Positions 8,624 through 17,930 of a stretch of DNA of 42,027 nucleotides are shown one piece after another (within the stretch, counting starts at the first letter, position 1; each line of letters starts with the position of its first letter). A model generated the notes under the pieces. That model did no database searches and was not told where the DNA came from. It was given only the letters and a program-made list of their open reading frames with translations. The position numbers and the translations under genes are program-made. Origin of the DNA: a virus. Its lineage: Duplodnaviria > Caudoviricetes. The stretch spans positions 1-42,027 of the IMG/VR virus record IMGVR_UViG_3300031965_000067; one strand, written 5' to 3'.

Positions 8624-9798
8624 TAAATAACCGTCCCGATTGTCGGAGCTTCATAATCAACACTCTCAGCCGAATATCTGGAGTGGGCGTTTATCGAGGT
8701 TTCCGAGGCTGAAAATGAATGGGTCCACCCGGTAATTCGATAATCCCTATTCCCGCTGTTCTCCTCGTGATTCAAAGTCACAATGTCATCAATAAAAAGG
8801 AAAGGGTTGAAGCTGGTTGAAAAACCCCCCCTGTCCTTCCTGCTTTCGTTTATGAGGTTATCGGCTGCGATTATGGCTTCTGCCTCGGACAGGATTATCG
8901 AGTTTTGCAAATTTACCCGCCTTATCCCACCGTATTTTTGTCGGTCCGCTGAATCAGTTCTCCGAGTCACAACGGAGCCGTTCCCCGTTACTACAACCTC
9001 AGTTATTTTGTCTCTTGCGTTAGAACTCGGCTCAAAGAGGGTGTTGTTTTGAATGAGATATTTTGGTGTTGTGTCTACCGGTAAATCCCTGGCGACAAAG
9101 GTTCCATCCCCATCAAAATACCAGGTAAATTCTCCGTAAAAATTGGATAATCTCTCAAAAATCTCTAAGGCATTGTTGTTATTGAATTCTATTCCACTGA
9201 TTGAAAAGTCGGTAAACCCGGTAAAATCCATCGAGGTTACCCCGGCCTGATTCAAAAGAAAAATCATTAAATCTTTAGCCTGGGTGTAACCAGAATGAAC
9301 ACCTGGAACCCCTTCAACCAGCTCCCCAAAATCAAATCCATTCAAGACAATTGAGGAACTCTCCCTGCCGTAATAGGGAAGCCGGTCAAGTTTTACCCCT
9401 GTTAAAATGGGGACCAAAACCTCCACACCTTCAAAAATGTATCCAGCCCTAATGACCACAAATTTATTAAAATCTGCCGAAAGGTCGGTCAGCCATAAAT
9501 CGGTGAAAGTTGGGGAAATCCTTTCCGGTTTAAATGTGGCCGTCCAACTGGCCTTGGAGCCTCGCTTATTCTGCCTAACCGTTACATTAGTTACCGCCCT
9601 GGTTATTTCGGTCTCGGAACCAGTTGTCCGGTCCCTAACAAAAAATCTTAAAAGTGGCGATTGAACATTGCCAGATAAAATCAAATTTAGAAGGGCCTGA
9701 TTTATGAGGTTGACCTTGACCACAACATATTTGCATACCCAATTAACGTGGTCAGAACCTACCCTAGAATTACCGGCATCCCCGCTTGTCAGGCTCAT
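8623..9798 (-). CDS. Baseplate hub / tail-tip (Tal/gp27-like) protein
   Basis: VVIRAGY..PILTG, WYFDGDGTF, FNPFLFIDDIV..YRITGWTHSF motifs; second gene after the tape measure. Confidence 0.75.
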   Translation of the reverse strand: MSLTSGDAGNSRVGSDHVNWVCKYVVVKVNLINQALLNLILSGNVQSPLLRFFVRDRTTGSETEITRAVTNVTVRQNKRGSKASWTATFKPERISPTFTDLWLTDLSADFNKFVVIRAGYIFEGVEVLVPILTGVKLDRLPYYGRESSSIVLNGFDFGELVEGVPGVHSGYTQAKDLMIFLLNQAGVTSMDFTGFTDFSISGIEFNNNNALEIFERLSNFYGEFTWYFDGDGTFVARDLPVDTTPKYLIQNNTLFEPSSNARDKITEVVVTGNGSVVTRRTDSADRQKYGGIRRVNLQNSIILSEAEAIIAADNLINESRKDRGGFSTSFNPFLFIDDIVTLNHEENSGNRDYRITGWTHSFSASETSINAHSRYSAESVDYEAPTIGTVI

Positions 9799-9799
9799 T

Positions 9800-10159
9800 T
9801 TAAGCCCTCTTTTCAGTTACAAAAAATTCCAGGTTATAGCGGAAAAAATCAGGGAAGGGGTTTCCGTCAAAAGTCGGTTTAAAATAGCCGTCAAGAACCT
9901 CATCACCTGTTTGAAGTGTAAAGATAAAGTTGGAAGTACTTTCGTTCATCGTTCTCAAAAGCTCGGCGTTGGTTCGATTTAAAATCATCGGAACGCTCAC
10001 AGTTCTGTCAGTGTGAACCGTTTTTGAAATTTGATGGACCGTTTCCCCGTCCAAAGTGGCACTCATACTAGCTCGCTTATGAGGCTCCCCAGGGTCGAAA
10101 GCTTCCAGCCGGTTAAAAAGAATTGTGCCCAAAGTGACATGGCTTAATGAGCAAAACAT
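9800..10159 (-). CDS. Distal tail (Dit-like) protein
   Basis: Directly after the tape measure; ATLDGETV motif; minimal size. Confidence 0.65.
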   Translation of the reverse strand: MFCSLSHVTLGTILFNRLEAFDPGEPHKRASMSATLDGETVHQISKTVHTDRTVSVPMILNRTNAELLRTMNESTSNFIFTLQTGDEVLDGYFKPTFDGNPFPDFFRYNLEFFVTEKRA

Positions 10160-12766
10160 TTAATCTCCACAGGTCCGAATCCCCTCGACATAAACGATTA
10201 GGCTGTTTAAAATTTGGTCCAAAATTGGCTCCCCTGTGGGCTCGATTTTAACCTTTATCGGCTTATCGGCTTCCTTATTTTTCTTTTCTAATTCGTTAGC
10301 CTTTTGCTGCTCCATCTTTTTCTTTTCTTGCAATTCTTCTTGAAGAGCTTTGAACTGTTGTCTTTTTTTAATTTCCTCTAAAGCCCTTTGCCGGTCATAC
10401 CAACTGTTTGAACTCATTTCAGCAAATCTTTCTAAATCATCTTCCCTCATGGATTCTAAACTGAATTCCGAAATGGTCATTCCTGGTCTTTGTCTGTCCC
10501 CTAGCTTTGTCATGTCACTTGCTTTCTTAGTCTTCTTCTCATCGGCTTTGAATTGCTTATCTTTATTAACCTCAAACTGTTTCATTTTGTAACCAGATTT
10601 AGAATCAGTTTTAGGTTTAAAAGCTTCCGCTCCTAATCCCTTTGCTTTGTCAGTAACTTCTTTAAATTTTTCAGATATTTTGTCAAAGGCATTTACGCCA
10701 AAATCTTTTATAGCGTTGAATTTTTCGACCATACTATTTTTAAGGTCAACGCCACTGGACAAAATATTTTGGAAAAAATCTGACTTAATTTCAAACTGGT
10801 TAATGGCTTCCAGGCTTTCTATTATTCCGGTTAAAGGCCCATCGCCCTTCATAGATTCGGCAACCATTACCGGTATCCCACTTTTAAAAGAGTCAAGCAT
10901 GTTTATTGTGTCATCTATAGTTGATTGTTCAATTCCTAGTTTTTCCAAAGCAAATTCCGGCAAAAGCTTCATCAGATTTAAAATCTTTTTAATAGCTTCG
11001 ACAACAACCCCCACTATCTCCCCAATAACTTTTAAAAAAAGTCCCCGCAATTGAGTCAAAACAAAATTCATCGGTATTAAAATTGCCTTACCAATGATAA
11101 TCATCACGGATTTAATCAAATTGAGAGCACCAGCTAGAACGAAGTCTAGGAACTCGGCTATAGTCGAAAGGCTATCAATAAAAATGGTTACCAAGTCTCT
11201 TAAAACGCTGTAAACAAAACTAAAAGCAGCGGAAACTACCCTAAAAATCTCCCCACCAAATAAGTAAATTATGGCTATGGCTGCTATCACAGCACCGGTT
11301 AAAAGTAGTCCTGTGCCTGTTATTTGGACAAAAAGCAAACTAAAAATACCGCTTGCTACGCTGAATAGGAATGAAAAACCTGATGAGATAACACCAAAAG
11401 CGATGAGTGCCGATGATTTCAATAGGATGAAAATTTGAGGAAGAATCATTATCGCACCTGCACCACCGATGAGCATCCCAAATGCAAAGGTGAGCCCGAT
11501 TATGGCCTCTGTTATTCTCGCCAAAATTACACGGACAGGAACAAAATATTGCTCTATTCCCATACTTTTAAAAAATTTATATCCGAAATCTTCGGAATCG
11601 ATTATTTCGAATAGCTGGAAAAAAAGGTCATTGAGAAGAAATATCCATGGTGCAATGTCTTTTCCAATAACGGCACCAATAGTTTTCCCGATAACGCTTA
11701 TCAGATTGTAAAAAATTTGAATCTGTCTGGAAAGGGAGGCCATCACGTTTGCAAATTCTTTCGCCATGGAACCGGAGGCATTATTTGCCCTGGTGATATT
11801 TAGTAATACCATGTCCCAATTTTGGGCCACTAATTGCAGGGCTTTTACCCCTACCTGACCGAATATATTTTTTAAATGTATTGCAGCCTCGGCAGAATTA
11901 TCACTTACACCGCCTATGCTTTCGCTAATCAACTTTATCAATCCGAGCATATCACTGGAGGCCATTGCGGTTAATTCGTCTTTGGTCTTACCTAACAATT
12001 CCGACATTCTTCCCAATTGACCCTCTTGGAACATGACTTGGAAACCACTAGCTAATCTGGTTCCTGCGTCTGCCGCGTCCTGACCCAGAGAAGAAAGGGT
12101 CGCACCTAATGCAGCCGCTCCTTCTATTGGAATATTCCAAGCCTTTGCAGTACCACCAAAGGATTCAAGAAAACCAATAATATTTTGGACACTGGCAGCG
12201 GTCTTGTCTGAAAGCTCATTGACAATGTCGCCAAACTTTATGATTGATTCTTTGGTTTGTCCCATCCCAAAAACATTGGTTATTTTTGCTGCTGCTGTCG
12301 CGGCTTGTTCTCCGCTCATATCAAAGGCCACAGCCATCATATTGACAGCCTCAACCACACCCATAAGGTTTTCTTTTGAGACTCCCAGTTGACCAGCAAC
12401 GCCAGCTATACCGGCTAATTCTTCCGCTGCTGTCCCTGTTCTAGCTGATAATTGAAGTAATTGGACAGACATTTTATCAAATTCGTCACCCTGCAAATCT
12501 AGGGTTTTCTTTGCGGCCAACATTGATTTTTCAAATAGAACCCAGGCACCAATGGTATTATCGACTAAAAAAGCGGAAACCCTATCTAACTTTGCATAAA
12601 GATTATCAAAGGCCTGCATTGCCTGATTGAGAGATAAAGCCATATCCCCCGCACTCTTTTTAGTGCCTGTAGCTAAGCCTTCAATGGATTTGGTTGCCTG
12701 GGTGGTTCCGGAGGAATCAAATTGGCTTCCAATTTTAAGGAAAAGGTTTTTTGTTACATCAGACAA
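10160..12766 (-). CDS. Tail tape measure protein (TP901-family core)
   Basis: 868 aa, Ala/Gly helical; EELAGIAGVAGQLGV, FGDIVNELSD, IFGQ; hydrophobic middle; follows the chaperones. Confidence 0.93.
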   Translation of the reverse strand: MSDVTKNLFLKIGSQFDSSGTTQATKSIEGLATGTKKSAGDMALSLNQAMQAFDNLYAKLDRVSAFLVDNTIGAWVLFEKSMLAAKKTLDLQGDEFDKMSVQLLQLSARTGTAAEELAGIAGVAGQLGVSKENLMGVVEAVNMMAVAFDMSGEQAATAAAKITNVFGMGQTKESIIKFGDIVNELSDKTAASVQNIIGFLESFGGTAKAWNIPIEGAAALGATLSSLGQDAADAGTRLASGFQVMFQEGQLGRMSELLGKTKDELTAMASSDMLGLIKLISESIGGVSDNSAEAAIHLKNIFGQVGVKALQLVAQNWDMVLLNITRANNASGSMAKEFANVMASLSRQIQIFYNLISVIGKTIGAVIGKDIAPWIFLLNDLFFQLFEIIDSEDFGYKFFKSMGIEQYFVPVRVILARITEAIIGLTFAFGMLIGGAGAIMILPQIFILLKSSALIAFGVISSGFSFLFSVASGIFSLLFVQITGTGLLLTGAVIAAIAIIYLFGGEIFRVVSAAFSFVYSVLRDLVTIFIDSLSTIAEFLDFVLAGALNLIKSVMIIIGKAILIPMNFVLTQLRGLFLKVIGEIVGVVVEAIKKILNLMKLLPEFALEKLGIEQSTIDDTINMLDSFKSGIPVMVAESMKGDGPLTGIIESLEAINQFEIKSDFFQNILSSGVDLKNSMVEKFNAIKDFGVNAFDKISEKFKEVTDKAKGLGAEAFKPKTDSKSGYKMKQFEVNKDKQFKADEKKTKKASDMTKLGDRQRPGMTISEFSLESMREDDLERFAEMSSNSWYDRQRALEEIKKRQQFKALQEELQEKKKMEQQKANELEKKNKEADKPIKVKIEPTGEPILDQILNSLIVYVEGIRTCGD

Positions 12767-12952
12767 TTACTTTCCCCCCCTTTTAGCCTTTTTCATAGCC
12801 TCTTTTTCGGCTTCTTGTTTGAGTTCCAAAAAGCTCAAACCGGTTAAAAAATCATCATTGCTCCAGCCATCAATTTCACTTGGAGACTTTTGCCATTCAT
12901 GGGCCAAAATCATCCGGCTCAGTTGGTTCGGGCTCCCTTTCAGGAGTTTTTT
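12767..12952 (-). CDS. Tail assembly chaperone GT extension (-1 programmed frameshift)
   Basis: Slippery A AAA AAC at 12952-12946; the -1 frame reads LLKGSPNQLSRMILAHEWQKSPSEIDGW...KRGGK and stops adjacent to the tape-measure start. Confidence 0.85.
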   Translation of the reverse strand, partial: KKLLKGSPNQLSRMILAHEWQKSPSEIDGWSNDDFLTGLSFLELKQEAEKEAMKKAKRGGK

Positions 12953-13308
12953 TTTGCCTCGACTTCGTGAACCATCTCCCTATCCATGCCTGAAAAACGG
13001 GTTACTTTTTCGTAAAGATCCTCCAGGATGCCGGCTGGCATTTTATCAATAATCCAAAAAATATCTTTTTCGGTAAATTCTTCAATGGCGTGAGTGACAA
13101 TAATGGCTTTCCGGTTGCCATCGTCCATTCGAGTATTGCCATCGTCCATCCTTTTGTAGGATAGTCTCTCGGCTTCCGTAAAGACGGATATGGGAACCTT
13201 CTTAATGGTGAGGGGGTAATCGCTCACCCCCTCAACATAAACTTGGATAGTCGCCTTTGAAAGCTCCAGTATTCTCGCTTTAAAATCGGGTTTAGACGTT
13301 TCTGACAT
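12940..13308 (-). CDS. Tail assembly chaperone (gpG-like)
   Basis: Ends EAKKNS over the slippery site; position upstream of the tape measure. Confidence 0.85.
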   Translation of the reverse strand: MSETSKPDFKARILELSKATIQVYVEGVSDYPLTIKKVPISVFTEAERLSYKRMDDGNTRMDDGNRKAIIVTHAIEEFTEKDIFWIIDKMPAGILEDLYEKVTRFSGMDREMVHEVEAKKNS

Positions 13309-13648
13309 TATTCAAAAGGTCTTCCATGCCGTTTAATTTAAGAACCTTTGAAGCCAGGGCGTGAACCATTTCAACCGGGATATCATCGCCAGTTAAGAAA
13401 TCATGAGTCTCTTTTGAAAGGGGGAAGATATCCGAACCGACAATGCTCATGCAAATGATAGCCGTGGTAGTCGCCTCTGACCTTTTGCGATTAGTTAAAT
13501 AGTTTTCGGTGGCCCATTCCTGGGCCTTTTTTAACTCCCCTTTGGTTAGCTTTTTTAGGTTCACTTTTTCGTTAATGCAAGGAATGGTGAACTCTTCAAG
13601 CTCACCCTTCCCTGCCTCTATTCTTTTTAGTAAATTTTCAAAACTCAT
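13292..13648 (-). CDS. Second tail-assembly-chaperone-like protein
   Basis: Similar size and pattern to 12940..13308 (VNLKKLT / LTIKKVP; LASKVLKLNGME / LYEKVTRFSGMD). Confidence 0.6.
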   Translation of the reverse strand: MSFENLLKRIEAGKGELEEFTIPCINEKVNLKKLTKGELKKAQEWATENYLTNRKRSEATTTAIICMSIVGSDIFPLSKETHDFLTGDDIPVEMVHALASKVLKLNGMEDLLNNVRNV

Positions 13649-13650
13649 AA

Positions 13651-14676
13651 TTAAGCACTCTCATCTATGTATTCTACAAAGCCAGTCACGTTACCGGTAA
13701 CGTCTTTAGTTACTGCGTCGTCCTGACCTGCCGAAAACTCGTTGTCTAAGCCAGCCTGAAAGACAAAATATTTAGAAGTGTCGGTTTGGTCGATGTAGCA
13801 CTTAACCAAGTTATCAACGTGCAAATCCGGGTCAATCATCCGCCTAAAAAGCTCTGGATTGAGCTCATTAACAAGTTTTGACAGGGAGAAACTGTGAGAC
13901 ACTTTTCCACCGTCAGAAAGCTCGGCAAAGCTCCCCTGAGTGTTGGTGTCCTGTCGGTTTTGAGTAACCCCCAAACTCCATTCTTTCCCCTGGGCGATTT
14001 TCGCCGATGAACCCATGTGATGGTAGCCGCTAAGATAAAACTTTGCCCCCTGGGCTCCTGAATGTTGCAAAGGCAGAGCTTGATAAAGGTCAAGACGGCC
14101 CGCTAATGGTCTCAAATGCTTATCTTTAAAATTATTTGCCCACTCCCTTCCGCCATAAGTTGAATAAGTTATTTGGCTGGCTGCCGGTGTAGAGGAAGCC
14201 CCTGAGTCCCGTATTACATATCCCAAAACCACAGCGGTTGAACTGACCAGAGGAGGACCCCCCGAGGCTCCATAACTTGTTGAAGCGGTCCCCGATGTTC
14301 CGGCCACTTTGGTAATTGATGAACCAGTGGCAATAATGGCGTAGATTTTACGACCTGAACCGGAAACTGCAAGACCTGTAACGGAAGATAGAGCTATGCT
14401 CACCTCCGCACCTGCAATATTTACGGTCAAAGCCTGGACGCTCACAGTATTGGCGGCCGACCCTTCAATCAAGCCACCGCTTAAAACCCCATTTTTTCTG
14501 ATTGTAAGGGGAAATCTGCTGGAATTGTGGAAAAACATTTTTTCTTCGTCGAAAGTCAATGTTGCTTTCAAAACTGTGGAGGATTCATAGGCCATGGCAA
14601 ACGGCCCCACCGCCACCGGTGTAGAAACCGATCTAAAAACCGCTGACCTCTTACCACTCTTCGGTGCTTGTAACAT
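13651..14676 (-). CDS. Major tail tube protein with extra inserted domain
   Basis: C-terminal KIAQGKEWSLGVTQNRQDT...FSAGQDDAVTKDVTGNVTG is tail-tube-like; position before the chaperones. Confidence 0.75.
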   Translation of the reverse strand: MLQAPKSGKRSAVFRSVSTPVAVGPFAMAYESSTVLKATLTFDEEKMFFHNSSRFPLTIRKNGVLSGGLIEGSAANTVSVQALTVNIAGAEVSIALSSVTGLAVSGSGRKIYAIIATGSSITKVAGTSGTASTSYGASGGPPLVSSTAVVLGYVIRDSGASSTPAASQITYSTYGGREWANNFKDKHLRPLAGRLDLYQALPLQHSGAQGAKFYLSGYHHMGSSAKIAQGKEWSLGVTQNRQDTNTQGSFAELSDGGKVSHSFSLSKLVNELNPELFRRMIDPDLHVDNLVKCYIDQTDTSKYFVFQAGLDNEFSAGQDDAVTKDVTGNVTGFVEYIDESA

Positions 14677-14869
14677 CTTCTTCCTCCTCTTTTAAATCAA
14701 CTAAATCAACTGTAGTTTTACTTTCTTCAAATTTAACATTCTTCTCTTCGCTTATCAAAGCCGGGAGCTCGTAAAAAACTTTACCAAAGCTATCTACCCG
14801 GTAAGATTGGATCACCCCCTCCCTGAAAAGCCTTCTGGCTTCTTTTAAGGTCAATTCTTCTTCGTTCAT
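14651..14869 (-). CDS. Small acidic hypothetical protein
   Basis: ATGA-coupled to the upstream gene. Confidence 0.6.
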   Translation of the reverse strand: MNEEELTLKEARRLFREGVIQSYRVDSFGKVFYELPALISEEKNVKFEESKTTVDLVDLKEEEEDVTSTEEW

Positions 14870-15363
14870 CGTGCCCTAACCTCCACTTGTTCAACAATTC
14901 TAAAATCAAATTCGGCCACCCATTCGGCCTGTCCATCTGGCAAATTAACCATCGAAACCGGACCATATTCGAAACCTAAATAAGTGGGGGTATTTTTGTA
15001 ATGGAAATCCGCCAATGCGTTTTTAACTTTATCAACCAGAGTTAAAATAGTTTTTTCATCAGGGTCAAAAAGCTCCCCGTGGTCAGGTCGATTCATTCTC
15101 AATTCCCTGCACCTTAGTAAAAAAGTGTGCATTTCCATATCGGCTACTCCAAAGTCTGCCGTGGTTACATTGTCGGTAACTGTCTCGTTATCGTTGGTGG
15201 TAAAAATCCCATCGGGGACACAAATTTCCACCCCAAAAGCTGAATTGATAGAGATTGAGTTCCTTCCCTCAATTCGGGTCAAAACTTTAACCGGATAACC
15301 CTCAAAATGGGTAGAGGTCTCCAATTCTGTTTTTAAGGCTTTAAAAATTGTGCTGTAACTCAT
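14866..15363 (-). CDS. Putative tail terminator
   Basis: Size, position before the tail tube, N-terminal helix IFKALKTELE and C-terminal beta strand. Confidence 0.6.
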   Translation of the reverse strand: MSYSTIFKALKTELETSTHFEGYPVKVLTRIEGRNSISINSAFGVEICVPDGIFTTNDNETVTDNVTTADFGVADMEMHTFLLRCRELRMNRPDHGELFDPDEKTILTLVDKVKNALADFHYKNTPTYLGFEYGPVSMVNLPDGQAEWVAEFDFRIVEQVEVRAR

Positions 15364-16394
15364 TGGAGGAATTCCCCCATGGTTACCTGTTTTAATTGAG
15401 GGAAATAAAGTATTCCTCCCTCGCTGGCATTATAAAATTCTGCCCCACCTTCAACCATGTTTTTAACCTGGGAAAAAACAACCTGAGCCTGAATTTTTAG
15501 GTATTCCTGAGTTATCACAAAAACCCCGTTCTTATCGGGCATAACGTCGAACATAAAATCAGGATGACTCAAAACCCTATCAACCTCGGTTTTGTTATTT
15601 TTAAAAGGGGTGTCGAAATACTTCATGCCCTGGTGGTAGCAAAAGTCATGGCCGATTAGAACAACTTTAGCCAGGGGATTAACTTTCCAAATCCAATGGA
15701 GCTGACAAGAAAGGGAACAAAGTCCAGAATCAAGGACACCCTTTTCAAACATGTTGATCCCTTTGCTTTTAATTAAGTTATTCCACTCTGGAACAACGCC
15801 CCAAGATGAGCCAAACCAGTAAACTTCCTTCCAGCCCTTTGTTGCCTCTGTGAAAGTGTTATACCCGGCTATTAGGGAGGTATGCGTCTTGTTCGTTCCA
15901 CCCCACCATTCCTCGGAGGTAAAAATTCCTAACCTTGAATCGACCAGAAAAGCAAAGTCCAAAAATGAAGAGGCCCTTAGGTCATTAAAAAGCTTTATCC
16001 CCCGGTTGGTGGTAACGATTGTCCCAACTTGGTTCATTCTGAAAATCAAATTTCTATCGAGATACCCGGCCCCTGCTCCTGCTCCAACCAAAAAGAAAAC
16101 ATCATTTTTAGGAACGGGAATATCTTTAATCCCCTTCCCGGTTAAAATCGCTTCGGAATTTTCTTCTATACACTTTAGGCCAGCGTCAACGATTTCTTTA
16201 GCAAGCTCCCCAGATGGTTGCAGGTGCCCATCTTCGTCTCTTGTTGTTCGCCAATCCCTCGCATAAAAATCCCTTCCCAATGCTCTGCCTGCCGAGGTCA
16301 AAACGCCTAAAGGTGTCTTAATCCTTTCTCCTATCTGAATGGGTGGGTTGTGCTTTATTTCTTTTAGTTGAGCCCTTCTCGCTTGCCTGTTCAT
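15360..16394 (-). CDS. Maf/DUF115 (MptE-like) family putative glycosyltransferase
   Basis: FLVGAGAG, IVTTNRG, DFAFLVDS, VVLIGHDFCY, FYNASEGGIL match the family motif order (ivGaGPS..N..D..liG.Df.y..NategG). Confidence 0.75.
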   Translation of the reverse strand: MNRQARRAQLKEIKHNPPIQIGERIKTPLGVLTSAGRALGRDFYARDWRTTRDEDGHLQPSGELAKEIVDAGLKCIEENSEAILTGKGIKDIPVPKNDVFFLVGAGAGAGYLDRNLIFRMNQVGTIVTTNRGIKLFNDLRASSFLDFAFLVDSRLGIFTSEEWWGGTNKTHTSLIAGYNTFTEATKGWKEVYWFGSSWGVVPEWNNLIKSKGINMFEKGVLDSGLCSLSCQLHWIWKVNPLAKVVLIGHDFCYHQGMKYFDTPFKNNKTEVDRVLSHPDFMFDVMPDKNGVFVITQEYLKIQAQVVFSQVKNMVEGGAEFYNASEGGILYFPQLKQVTMGEFLQ

Positions 16395-16960
16395 CTCATC
16401 GCCTTGTCTATCATCTGCTCAAAGAGTTTAGCAATGGTTGTAATGTCATCATATCGGCCAATCCTTGGAATTTTGGCAGAAAACCCGATGTTAATTCTTT
16501 GCTTTGGGGTAACGTCAATGGAGAGGATTTTTCCCTTTTTTTCTATGCGGTAAAAATTGGTTATGCTCTCCTGGTGAATCTCTGCTTTGATTCCTTGGGT
16601 TTTATCGCCATAGCCGACAATTACAGTATCCTTTCCTACGAATTGAAAAGTCAAAGAGTTTTTCATCCCCCTGGTATTAGTCAATGGTTTCGATGAGGCT
16701 GTTACCGGGTTTTTAGGTGGTCTTGCTATTCCGTCATCCATCGGTCGGTATTTATACCAGTCAGCCAGGGGCTCCCATTGTTTCCCCAGTGGGTCAACGG
16801 TTTTTTGGTAACCGCTCATCGTTGAAGAAATCATAAAAAGTGCCGCTTGCTGTAGGGTCTTTTCAAATTCCATTTTATCAATTTTAGCCATGAGTTTTTT
16901 GAAGCCTGTAACCGTTATGTCCCCGGTGCCAGAAATCAATTCAACGTTAAATTTAAGCAT
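16391..16960 (-). CDS. Virion morphogenesis / tail completion protein (Mu gpG, P2 gpS-like)
   Basis: DPLGKQWEPL, KPLTNTRGMKNSL, VIVG..AEIHQ, PKQRINIGFS. Confidence 0.8.
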   Translation of the reverse strand: MLKFNVELISGTGDITVTGFKKLMAKIDKMEFEKTLQQAALFMISSTMSGYQKTVDPLGKQWEPLADWYKYRPMDDGIARPPKNPVTASSKPLTNTRGMKNSLTFQFVGKDTVIVGYGDKTQGIKAEIHQESITNFYRIEKKGKILSIDVTPKQRINIGFSAKIPRIGRYDDITTIAKLFEQMIDKAMR

Positions 16961-17543
16961 TGGAAGGACCGTTGCGGATAATGTCTTTTTCCAGGTCGCT
17001 TAGACCCTCTTCTGCAAGCCAAATGATGTTCTGTCTGATTTGTGGGGGGAATTCTTTTTTAAGGTCAGCTACCCAAGAAAGCAGGTCGGCTAATATTCCA
17101 TCGGCCATTGAATGTAGATTAATGTCCATCGTTGCTTTTAGTGCCCGGTAATAAACATATCTTGCCTCAACGTCTTTTTTGTGGTCAGCGGGAATATGGG
17201 GATTGGTCATTCTAGCGTCAACCCATGCTTTGCCCAAAGTCCTTAAATAATCAATTTGATAATCCCCGGTCCCGATAAAAGCATTATCCGAAAAATTAAC
17301 AGCCGTTGCCGAGGATAGAAAGAAAACGGTTGAGCTTTTTCCAGAATAATCTAAAGAAGTTAAAACGTTGGTTGTGGACAAAAGGGCAAGGGTCCCGGTC
17401 AGGGGAAAGGCATCCGTTGAATCAACCGTCAAAGAGGTGGCCGGTGAAGTGCTTAACCCGTTTAGTTTTGTCTTTGGAAAAAGGTTGTCAATTTGGGGGA
17501 AAGTCGCCCTAATCTCTGCGTTTGTGGCGTAGGTGACGGCCAT
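16953..17543 (-). CDS. Head-tail adaptor-like protein with inserted beta domain
   Basis: N-terminal TYATNAEIR, later AWVDARM helical part; insert TSLTVDSTDAFPLTGT. Confidence 0.65.
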   Translation of the reverse strand: MAVTYATNAEIRATFPQIDNLFPKTKLNGLSTSPATSLTVDSTDAFPLTGTLALLSTTNVLTSLDYSGKSSTVFFLSSATAVNFSDNAFIGTGDYQIDYLRTLGKAWVDARMTNPHIPADHKKDVEARYVYYRALKATMDINLHSMADGILADLLSWVADLKKEFPPQIRQNIIWLAEEGLSDLEKDIIRNGPSNA

Positions 17544-17905
17544 TAGTATCCAAGGCCTTTAAACCTTATCTTTTGTGTTACTGCACCGTTTTTAATCCAA
17601 ATGAATCGCCCTGGGCGCACTTGGTGTGGAAAATCATGGGTCCAGGTTGCCGGATAGCCCTCCCACTGTTCGGGTTGGCTGGCGATATAAACCGTTGATG
17701 TGGCGTAATTGAGCGTAAATTCAAAGGGTGCCCCATCCCCAATTAACCAAAATCTTTCAGCATTTCCCGTAACTGCAAAAGAACCCGTCGCATTTGCCGA
17801 TAGGGTCATGCTTGCAAATTGATTCAACGAATAGCCCTGAATCCCAGCCCCTTGAAGACACCAAGAAAAAGAGAAAACGAAAATGGAGAGTAAAATCTTC
17901 TTCAT
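17543..17905 (-). CDS. Signal-peptide beta-rich protein in head module
   Basis: AAGGAGG SD then MKKILLSIFVFSFSWCLQG-AG. Confidence 0.8.
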   Translation of the reverse strand: MKKILLSIFVFSFSWCLQGAGIQGYSLNQFASMTLSANATGSFAVTGNAERFWLIGDGAPFEFTLNYATSTVYIASQPEQWEGYPATWTHDFPHQVRPGRFIWIKNGAVTQKIRFKGLGY

Positions 17906-17930
17906 GGTGCCTCCTTGGGTGCCTGGGAGA

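Noticed and set aside
13115-13149. 14-bp direct repeat (MDDGN twice) in the chaperone
   Set aside because: Small in-frame duplication with no sign of further function.
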